Shown here: one piece after another, positions 56,545 to 64,000 of the stretch
Position numbering within the stretch: the stretch's first letter is position 1
Layout of the letters: each line of letters begins with the position of its first letter
NCBI GenBank assembly: GCA_965223665.1
Contig: OZ245011.1
Coordinates: 3,840,001 to 3,904,000, forward strand
DNA: 64,000 nucleotides
Direction: 5' to 3'
Source of the DNA: Nitrospinaceae bacterium
GTDB taxonomy: Bacteria > Nitrospinota > Nitrospinia > Nitrospinales > Nitrospinaceae
Translations under genes and position numbers: made by a program
The notes under the pieces: generated by a model
What the model was told of the DNA's origin: nothing
What the model saw: only the letters and a program-made list of their open reading frames with translations
The model's database searches: none

Positions 56545-58689
56545 TCAATCCTTGCGTAAAATCCAGCCTTCAAAAAACAGCATAGATGCCAAAATTATAA
56601 AAAATGAAGTAGTAAGTGGAGTGCCCTCAGAAGTGTTTGGAGAACCAATGTCAGTATCTTTCTGAAAATCTATTCGAGTGCCAGGAAGCAATTCTTTGAT
56701 TCTTTTAGGGGATATCTTGCCGGGAATGGATTCTTGGATATCTACATTAACCACGAAATTACCAACGCTTTCTGCATTTTTCGGTAACGACTTTAAAATA
56801 GTTGGAGTTCCATTCGTCCGGGCATCTGATTGGGAATTTTCGGGAGTTTGGAAAATCTGATAGTTTCCCGGGTACCAAGTTTCTTTAAATACGGGTGTTG
56901 TGTTTTTTTCAATTTGAAATATTTTTTTATTTGGAGAAAGGATTAATATAGTTTTTTGGTTTTCTTCAATTGTTACGGTATCTCCAATTTTTAGAGATGG
57001 TCGAGAAATGGTGTCCAGACTTTTCGAAGCATATTTTACCCACCGCTGAATCCATGGAAGAAATGTGGGCTGTATGGGGAAGTTATTCCAGTCTCGGTCC
57101 AGGGTTGAAACGAAAAGAAATACCTTACCTTCACCAAAATTGGATTCGATTAATGCCGGAAATTTGTTAGAGAAACGCATTGGCGTTATATATTTTCTTC
57201 CTTCACGTTTCTGAATACTGTAAATAGTTTGAAAATTTATTTGACTCATTTCTTCCAAAGTTTTTTTATTAAAAACTTTTAGAACATTATGTTTGTAAGG
57301 TTTTTGCTCTAGGCGAAAAGGCTTATTGTTTGGGCTCACTTGATTAACGGATTGCAAGGTTACAGGTAAAAGAATTCCCAATTTTTCATTATAAAAACGA
57401 GCATTGATCTGGTCACCTAATGAAATAAATAATGCGCCCCCTCTATGCACAAACTCTTCTAATTTTTGTTCATATCCAAAGGGTAAATTTCGAACATTAC
57501 ATAAGACCACCATTGAAAATCGTTTGAGATTAAAATTAGATAATTCTGCCAAGGTCGAAATAATGGGTTCAATATCGGAAACAGCCGTAGTAAATGGATT
57601 TAGAGCTTTTTCAATATAAAATGTTTCATTCTGATGGGATACGCCTCGTGGATCTCCATCCACGACTAAGACGCGAATTTTGTGCTGAGGTCTGTAAAAA
57701 AAATTACGGCGATTGTCAACGTTTAGTGCATCGTTTTGGATTTCAACATGTCCAGAAATGGGCTGGGTACCTAAATAGGGAAAAGTAAACTCTTTTTCTA
57801 CGGAAGCTCCTGCGGGAATGTCAGTGAATATTTCCTTTTCAAGTTTTCCCTGGAGAATTAAAGCAATACGGATTTGTTGGAGGGATTGATCCGTTAGTAA
57901 ATTTTTAACTTTAGGTTTGACGCGAATGATTCGGCTGTTAGTTAAATATTCCTGGCTTATAGATACACTTTGAACAAGAGCTTTGTTCAAGTTGGTTTGA
58001 TGCTCTGAAACGTCAATAATTTTTATGTGTATGTCTAAAGCACCCTCCATGGTAGAAAAATTTTTGGATTTCCAGCCATTGTTGTCTCTATCTGTAAAAA
58101 TGATAATTTCTTTATTTTCCTGCTCTGCTAAGTCTAATAAATCTTTGGCTTTAGTAAACGCAGATCCTATGTCTGTAGTCTGATAACTCGGTTGGACGGT
58201 TTCAAGAAATTTTAAGATTGACTTGGTCCCTTGAGACCAACCGACTGCAACTTTTGTGGGATGAGAAGCCAGGACTAGGCTTAATTGGGTATCAGATGAA
58301 ATTTTTTCTAAAAACCGAGATAAAGCTGATTTGGAATAATGAAAGAGACTTTGGTCTCCTGCTTGTGTTCTCAAGCTATAAGAGTCATCAAGTATCAGGA
58401 CGAGGGCAGAAGGGCGATTAGGCAATAATTTGCTGGTTTCTGTAAGAGAAAAAATAGGATTTGCCAATGCAAAGCACAAAGCCGTAATTCCTAAACACCT
58501 TATTATTAAAAGTAGCAATCTATTGGGACGAGACCTTTTTACAGAACGTTTTTGAGCTTGTTGTAATAGATGTACAGCAGAAAATTTTATATGAGTTTGA
58601 TGTCTTCTGGTCAGTAAATGTATGAGAATGGGAATGGAAATTCCAAAGAGTCCCATTAAAAACAAGGGAGAAAGAAAATTTAAACTCAT
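56545..58689 (-). CDS. BatA-domain / vWA membrane protein with a GATase-like C-terminal region
   Basis: FLSP..PILIHLL (BatA N-terminus), MIDAS-like LDDSYS, TD, RVLVVDG and a C-terminal TM ending EG. Confidence 0.85.
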   Translation of the reverse strand: MSLNFLSPLFLMGLFGISIPILIHLLTRRHQTHIKFSAVHLLQQAQKRSVKRSRPNRLLLLIIRCLGITALCFALANPIFSLTETSKLLPNRPSALVLILDDSYSLRTQAGDQSLFHYSKSALSRFLEKISSDTQLSLVLASHPTKVAVGWSQGTKSILKFLETVQPSYQTTDIGSAFTKAKDLLDLAEQENKEIIIFTDRDNNGWKSKNFSTMEGALDIHIKIIDVSEHQTNLNKALVQSVSISQEYLTNSRIIRVKPKVKNLLTDQSLQQIRIALILQGKLEKEIFTDIPAGASVEKEFTFPYLGTQPISGHVEIQNDALNVDNRRNFFYRPQHKIRVLVVDGDPRGVSHQNETFYIEKALNPFTTAVSDIEPIISTLAELSNFNLKRFSMVVLCNVRNLPFGYEQKLEEFVHRGGALFISLGDQINARFYNEKLGILLPVTLQSVNQVSPNNKPFRLEQKPYKHNVLKVFNKKTLEEMSQINFQTIYSIQKREGRKYITPMRFSNKFPALIESNFGEGKVFLFVSTLDRDWNNFPIQPTFLPWIQRWVKYASKSLDTISRPSLKIGDTVTIEENQKTILILSPNKKIFQIEKNTTPVFKETWYPGNYQIFQTPENSQSDARTNGTPTILKSLPKNAESVGNFVVNVDIQESIPGKISPKRIKELLPGTRIDFQKDTDIGSPNTSEGTPLTTSFFIILASMLFFEGWILRKD

Positions 58690-59600
58690 AATTTTTGTAA
58701 ACTCTTTCGGCGCAGTAAGTAATATTTCAGTGCTTGCTCAAGAGAACTTGAAGTATCTAAAAATAAATAATCAATTCCTAAAGAGGGGCAATTTTTTTTA
58801 AAACTGGAAATTTGCTCCCGGATGACTTCTTTATAAGCTTTCCTTACATCCGCTGGGTCTAGTCCTATAGTCGGATCATTCTCCAGAGATTCAAAAACAA
58901 TGTCTCCTTCAAAAGGTAAATTGACTTCGTCAGGGTGTAAAATATGAAATAAAATTACCTCTAATCCTCGAGAACAAATAAGTTTTAAAGTTTTTAATAT
59001 ACTCTTATCTTTTGTTAATAAATCAGAAATCAAAATAAACAGACCACGTCCATGTAAACCTTCTAAAAGATCACTAATTACAGGGCTCAATTGGGTAATG
59101 CCCTGAAATTTTATTTCTTGTAAACCATGTAAAATATGCTGGAAATGTGAAGGTTTTGATCGGGGAGGTATATGGCTTGTTACTTTTTCATTAAATGTGG
59201 TTAAACCTACAGCGTCAAATTGTTTTAATAATAAATAAGACATTGCTGCAGCTAAAGTACAAGCATATTCCCTTTTGTCCAGAGCGGTGGACCTTTGGTT
59301 AGGAGATCTATAGTTCATCGAACCGCTGGTATCTAATAAAATTGTGCACTTTAAATTTGTTGATTGTTCAAATTGTTTTACATGGTATTTATCCGTTTTC
59401 CCAAAGGCTTTCCAATCGATGTGACGGATATCGTCCCCTGGGGAATAATCTTTATATTCTGCAAACTCAACACTTGATCCTTTATGTGGGCTTCGATGGT
59501 GGCCAGATAATAACCCTTCCACCAAATTAATTGCCCTAAGGCTTAGTGAGGAAATTTCGGATAAAGTGTCTGATTGATGAGTAGTTTTGGGTTCTGCCAT
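58686..59600 (-). CDS. DUF58 domain protein
   Basis: G.H.S..G.SVEF.EY..Y.PGDD.RHIDWK, LDTSGSM and ISDL. Confidence 0.93.
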   Translation of the reverse strand: MAEPKTTHQSDTLSEISSLSLRAINLVEGLLSGHHRSPHKGSSVEFAEYKDYSPGDDIRHIDWKAFGKTDKYHVKQFEQSTNLKCTILLDTSGSMNYRSPNQRSTALDKREYACTLAAAMSYLLLKQFDAVGLTTFNEKVTSHIPPRSKPSHFQHILHGLQEIKFQGITQLSPVISDLLEGLHGRGLFILISDLLTKDKSILKTLKLICSRGLEVILFHILHPDEVNLPFEGDIVFESLENDPTIGLDPADVRKAYKEVIREQISSFKKNCPSLGIDYLFLDTSSSLEQALKYYLLRRKSLQKL

Positions 59601-59716
59601 GATTCTTAGGATAAAGGGATCATTAGAATTTGTACCTACATTTTATTATTATTTGATGGCCAATCAACCTAACTTTGAAAGAAAATGGTCAATATAATAA
59701 TTTATTTTTCTGCGAG

Positions 59717-59744
59717 TTGACTTTGTTTGGAAGCTAGATACAAT
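59717..59744 (+). promoter_or_regulatory. Putative sigma70 promoter of the LRR gene
   Basis: TTGACT, N16, TACAAT. Confidence 0.45.
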
Positions 59745-59884
59745 GCATTGGATGTAAATCAATCATGGTTTTTGGGTTTTTTTTTAAGATTTAAATTTTT
59801 TTTAAGTATTTTGGAAATAATAGCAAAAAGACATTTTAATAACTAAATTATGGAAAAACAAAGTTTAAGGATACCAGGTGATTT

Positions 59885-60457
59885 ATGAAGAGGCCATTTA
59901 ATGACGAGCCAATTGAAACTTTGATTAAAAAAGTTTTATCAAAAGATGGCGCAAGGCTCGACCTCCGGTTAAAATATATAGGTGATAAAGGTTTGGAATA
60001 TTTAGCTAATTTGGAAGAATTGAAAAATTTAAAAGAATTAAATTTGGAGCGAAATGATATTACGGATGTTGGAATTCGTTCCTTATCGGAATCTCCCTTT
60101 ATTAGACATTTAAGTATTCTTCATCTAGAAAGAAATGAGATTGGTGATGAGGGAATGAGGATGATTGCAAATTCTAATAACTTCTCTCATTTAAATTATC
60201 TAAATTTGTGGAAAAATAATGTGGGATCTGAAGGAGCGAAAGCATTGGCAGATTCATTGATTTTGTCAAGTTTAGAAATTTTAGATTTGGCGCAAAATCA
60301 TATTGGGGACGAAGGCGCAAAATTTCTTTCTGAAACATTGACTCTTTCTGGATTAAATTATTTGGACGTTTTTGGAAATGGTATCACAGAAGAGGGGCAA
60401 AAAGTTTTAAAGGAATCAGAGGCGTTTAAAAACACTCAGGATATTATTTTGACATAA
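59885..60457 (+). CDS. Leucine-rich repeat protein (ribonuclease-inhibitor-like, about 28-aa repeats)
   Basis: Repeated LxxLxLxxNxIGDEGxxxLA units. Confidence 0.88.
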   Translation: MKRPFNDEPIETLIKKVLSKDGARLDLRLKYIGDKGLEYLANLEELKNLKELNLERNDITDVGIRSLSESPFIRHLSILHLERNEIGDEGMRMIANSNNFSHLNYLNLWKNNVGSEGAKALADSLILSSLEILDLAQNHIGDEGAKFLSETLTLSGLNYLDVFGNGITEEGQKVLKESEAFKNTQDIILT

Positions 60458-60481
60458 CGGGTAGGTTAGGAGGATGGTTCA

Positions 60482-60943
60482 TTGAAATACAAACATTTTT
60501 TAATACTTGGTTGGATTTTTTTACTGGCTTTTAATTTTACATTTACCTTTAATGTTTTTATTGGGTCGGATAGCTTGGTATGGGCTCAAAGTACTGGAGA
60601 TAGTTTAGACCGTGATTACGAGAACGAGACCGCTCAAGCTTCTAAAGAAGCGAAAGAAAATATTTCAGGTTTTTGGGGTTCTATATCTAATTTTTTTAAT
60701 AATGTCGCAGCTCTCATAGGCGGAATTATTAATAGCATGACTAGTTTTGTAGACAACCTTTTTGGATTCGCAAATGGAGATGGGGCCAAAGCAGCTTTTG
60801 CTGGACCCATTTATTTTTTAATGTTTGTGGTTTTAATATTTGCTTTAAAGTTCTTTTACAATATTTTAAAAGACATGGTCAAAAAAGTGAGTTCGCCTAC
60901 TCCAGAGCGTTATAGAAAACCAGTTAGAAAGTCCGGAAGATAA
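60482..60943 (+). CDS. Hypothetical membrane protein
   Basis: GGAGG RBS before the TTG start; N-terminal leader and C-terminal TM. Confidence 0.65.
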   Translation: MKYKHFLILGWIFLLAFNFTFTFNVFIGSDSLVWAQSTGDSLDRDYENETAQASKEAKENISGFWGSISNFFNNVAALIGGIINSMTSFVDNLFGFANGDGAKAAFAGPIYFLMFVVLIFALKFFYNILKDMVKKVSSPTPERYRKPVRKSGR

Positions 60944-60964
60944 TGGAATTATCAATTTAATTTT

Positions 60965-63664
60965 TTATTCAATTTTTTCTGACCATTGCCATCCGGTTGA
61001 ATTTAATTTTAAGTATTTATTTTTCTGTGATTTAAGAAACGTTTGTATTTCTTTTAATCCTTCCAAATAACTTTTTTGTTCGAATTTAGAATTTCCAGGG
61101 CCTAAATACCTTTGTGAAAAAATAGATAACCTTTGTGCTGTTCTTGTTTGATAAATCCCCGAAAAGTAATTTTTTTCTTTAAGTGTCCAGCCTTTTACAG
61201 GTGGATGTCGATTAACCCTGAATCTCAAAAAATTTATAAAAGTCTCATCAGTCTGTTTTTTTAAAGGTGGGACCAAAGTGACAGGCGAATGCTCTAATAG
61301 AGGGAAGTCATCCGTTATTGTTTTAGCGTTTTCTGTAATTTGGAAAAGGCTCTTTCCATCAGTAAGATAGAAATCCATAAAGTCCTCAAAACCATACACC
61401 CCAATTTCATGAGCCATCGTTTTTATTGGACCTTGTTTCATAAGATTATTGAAATGAGTGATATCTAACTGTAGAGGTTTTTCTGATCCCACTAACAAAA
61501 CAATTCGTGTTAAAAAACTATTCCATATGGTTGTGTGAGGAAATACGGACTGAAAAGTTTTTAAAATAGACCATGTATCCTTAGGACCCACTAAATGTAA
61601 GGGAAGCCATTGCATCATAATTCCCCCAGAGTTTAAATGAGCTTTTGAGTGCTGGTAAAAATCTTGGGAATACAAGCTATTCACCCCCGCTTGAACCGGA
61701 GACATGGGTTCAAGGGTAATGACATCATATTTGTCTTGGGTCCACTGAATAAAGTTTCTGGCATCTTGAACATGGATTTGTACATGGGGTTGTTCCAGGA
61801 CATTCCGATTCCATTTTGAAAACCAGGGGGCAACCGATAGAACATTTCGATCAATTTCAACTGCATCCACCGAAACATTAGGAAATTGGGACACTGTGCT
61901 TAGAGTATTACCGGTTCCAAAACACATTACTAAAGCCTTTTTGGGATTAAAGTGCAGCATCATTGGGATCCATCCCATAGCTTGCATGTAGGCGCTTCCT
62001 CCGACAGAATTAGAGGCAGTTGCTGTACTGAATCCGTCAATATAAAGCGTTCTAGCTCCAGTTTGTTTTTCTTCAACCACAGCGAGTGTTGAGAAACTTC
62101 CTTCCTTATAATCCAGAAGCAAAGTGTTATCTAAGGAAGAGTTGATCTCAACCCGGGTGAAATTTTTATTTCCGATTTGGCTTGTATCAACCTGTAAAGT
62201 ACCCCAATCAAATGTAATTCCTAAAATTATCAGGGTAACAAAGCTGATTGCTAAAGTAAGTTTTCTGGGTCTGATATGAATTAAAAGACAAACTAAAGAT
62301 AGAAGAATTAAAATTCCATACAAAGTAAATAATGATAATTTAATTCCCAGCCACGGAATTAAGAAGAAGGGAGTGATTATAGTTCCCAAAATTGCGCCAA
62401 TAGTGTTGACGGCATAGCTATTGCCCAAAGTTTTGGTCACATTATTAAAAATGGAAAAATGTATATGATTTGCTAAAGGAAATGCCATTCCAAATCCCAG
62501 GGTAGGTATCAACATGAGCCCAAAGGCAAAAAGGGTCCGTATCCAAAGAGTTTTTTCTGGAGAGCTTTGTTGACTATAGAATATTTGATCGATTTGTGAT
62601 ATTAGCTCAGTAAATTGATTAAAAATCGGGAATATCATTAAACAAAATACTCCAATTGCAAGTTCTACCAGAATAAACTTCAGAATCCATTTTGAATTTC
62701 CCAGCAAGGGTTTAGAAATAATGCTTCCCAAACCAATTCCGAATAAAAAGGCGGAAAGGATAATTGCAAAAGAATATAAAGAACTACCCAATGGGAATAC
62801 CAATATTCGTGTCCACAGAATTTCGCTGGACAAGGCTACTAATCCGGAATATCCAAATAAAACTAATAATAGAAAGCTTAAAATCGGTTGAGTAGCAGAA
62901 CTGTTTCGAATATTTGAGCTTTCGGATTTAGAAGTAGTTATATTGGGGTTAGCTTTTAACTGAATACCCCAAAAACAAAGACCAAATACCAAAATGTTAA
63001 TTATCACTGCGGAAAAATTGGTCCCAGAAATCCCCAAATGAGAGACTGCTATAAATTGGGTCCAAACACAACCAGCCACCGCTCCGAAAGTATTTAATCC
63101 ATATAATACTGATAAGCCCGGAAATATTTGATATTGGTCTGAAATGGCCCATCTGCCTAAAACTGGCAAAGTGGCTCCCATCAGCATAGTGGCGGGTAGC
63201 ATAACAAGTGTGCCTATGAAAAATTGTAATATATGAAGTGTTCCATCTGAGTTTTGCGACAAAGATATTAAATGGGGATAGATGGGAGATAAAGATTTCA
63301 ATATTAAAGGAAGAATCAAGGCATATATGCCGATGATAAGTTCTAGTATTCCGTAAAATCGAATGGGATGGAATTTTTTGATGTTTGGTGCATCCAGAAA
63401 TTTCGTAATCAACCATGCTCCTAAAGCCAAACCAAGCATAAAGGCACATAGGACAGCGCTGATGGCATATAAGGTGGCCCCAAAAAGTAATTTAAATTGT
63501 TTGATCCAAAGAAGCTCGTAAGTTAAGCTGGTGAATCCCGAAAGAAAAATACCAACGTATGGGATAAATTTAGTCGAATTCTGATGCAAGATATTTTGTG
63601 TTGGAAAATTGAAAGAAATTGTTTTCGGATTGTCACATAAGGTGATTGGGGAGTCAACAGGCAT
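60965..63664 (-). CDS. Multi-TM membrane domain fused to a spermidine-synthase-like SAM-dependent domain (start 63664 or 63694)
   Basis: Duplicated SG..L.YE..W / Y..NT.GA TM halves, then CFGTG, VEID, DAR and YDVITLEP. Confidence 0.88.
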   Translation of the reverse strand: MPVDSPITLCDNPKTISFNFPTQNILHQNSTKFIPYVGIFLSGFTSLTYELLWIKQFKLLFGATLYAISAVLCAFMLGLALGAWLITKFLDAPNIKKFHPIRFYGILELIIGIYALILPLILKSLSPIYPHLISLSQNSDGTLHILQFFIGTLVMLPATMLMGATLPVLGRWAISDQYQIFPGLSVLYGLNTFGAVAGCVWTQFIAVSHLGISGTNFSAVIINILVFGLCFWGIQLKANPNITTSKSESSNIRNSSATQPILSFLLLVLFGYSGLVALSSEILWTRILVFPLGSSLYSFAIILSAFLFGIGLGSIISKPLLGNSKWILKFILVELAIGVFCLMIFPIFNQFTELISQIDQIFYSQQSSPEKTLWIRTLFAFGLMLIPTLGFGMAFPLANHIHFSIFNNVTKTLGNSYAVNTIGAILGTIITPFFLIPWLGIKLSLFTLYGILILLSLVCLLIHIRPRKLTLAISFVTLIILGITFDWGTLQVDTSQIGNKNFTRVEINSSLDNTLLLDYKEGSFSTLAVVEEKQTGARTLYIDGFSTATASNSVGGSAYMQAMGWIPMMLHFNPKKALVMCFGTGNTLSTVSQFPNVSVDAVEIDRNVLSVAPWFSKWNRNVLEQPHVQIHVQDARNFIQWTQDKYDVITLEPMSPVQAGVNSLYSQDFYQHSKAHLNSGGIMMQWLPLHLVGPKDTWSILKTFQSVFPHTTIWNSFLTRIVLLVGSEKPLQLDITHFNNLMKQGPIKTMAHEIGVYGFEDFMDFYLTDGKSLFQITENAKTITDDFPLLEHSPVTLVPPLKKQTDETFINFLRFRVNRHPPVKGWTLKEKNYFSGIYQTRTAQRLSIFSQRYLGPGNSKFEQKSYLEGLKEIQTFLKSQKNKYLKLNSTGWQWSEKIE

Positions 63665-63750
63665 ACAGAAATGTTGTGGCGAAGTTATTTTCAAACATTT
63701 ATGTTGTTAGCGTTTAGCCCACAATACATGGGAAAACGGAAAGACGTTAA

Positions 63751-64000
63751 ATGCGAAAAGTGATTTGGATTTTAGTCTTATTTACATTATTATGCTTTAC
63801 AACCCAAGCCTTTGCGGATTCAAAGCGTGGCAAAAAATTGTTTAAAGAAAAACGCTGTGTATTGTGCCATGATATTACCTTGCCGGGGACAGTCTTTAAG
63901 CCCATTTGTCCCGGGTTAAAAGGAGTTAAAGCACGCCATAATAAATTATGGATTAAAAAGTGGCTACAAAATCCGGCTAAAGTTTGGGCTGGTAAAGACA
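63751..64000 (+). CDS. Exported class I c-type cytochrome (runs off the window; not in the ORF track)
   Basis: Manual translation MRKVIWILVLFTLLCFTTQAFA-DSKRGKKLFKEKRCVLCHDI...WIKKWLQNP shows a signal peptide, G..LF and CxxCH. Confidence 0.88.
   Translation, partial: MRKVIWILVLFTLLCFTTQAFADSKRGKKLFKEKRCVLCHDITLPGTVFKPICPGLKGVKARHNKLWIKKWLQNPAKVWAGKD

Noticed and set aside
489-63449. Numerous 60-150 aa ORFs antisense to or nested in the called genes
   Set aside because: They are shadows of well-supported genes and show no recognisable motifs.
1-64000. CRISPR arrays, tRNA/rRNA, IS elements, prophage or defence genes
   Set aside because: By eye I found no spaced direct-repeat array, cloverleaf, transposase, integrase or phage gene. 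Weak cases could be missed without tools.

Overview
AT-rich bacterial chromosomal window, mostly housekeeping, with no recognisable mobile element, CRISPR array, rRNA or tRNA. Gene content and style suggest a diderm Nitrospinota-like chemolithotroph; this is inference only. From left to right it carries: (1) a dcw cluster on the minus strand (mraZ-rsmH-ftsL-ftsI-murE-murF-mraY-murD-ftsW-murG-murC'), with five ~10-bp-spaced MraZ-type boxes over its promoter; (2) a divergent cytochrome c maturation System I operon in the order ccmE-F-H-(I-like)-A-B-D-C-tlpA, with a CxxxY-type CcmE and a small ccmD missing from the ORF track; (3) xth, a PreP peptidase, a PAS membrane protein, an exported one-Cys Tpx, mutS2, a lipoprotein hydrolase, a SprT-like protein, a histidine kinase and receiver, a non-canonical P-II, yggS and proC; (4) an Fe-S/sulfur block (larE, moaA, nifU-like, sufBCDSU, AmmeMemoRadiSam radical SAM) containing a candidate C-rich sRNA; (5) a five-gene TpsB / FecR / TpsA / CHASE2-adenylate cyclase / MshEN-like module; (6) a DUF58-BatA/vWA-(SirB1-TPR-FGE) operon without MoxR, an LRR protein, a membrane-fused spermidine-synthase-like protein and a truncated c-type cytochrome. 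Module (5) is the best candidate for an undescribed system: the FecR protein and the mature TpsA each have exactly one Cys, both at the extreme C-terminus, which suggests a disulfide-tethered surface-to-cAMP signalling chain.
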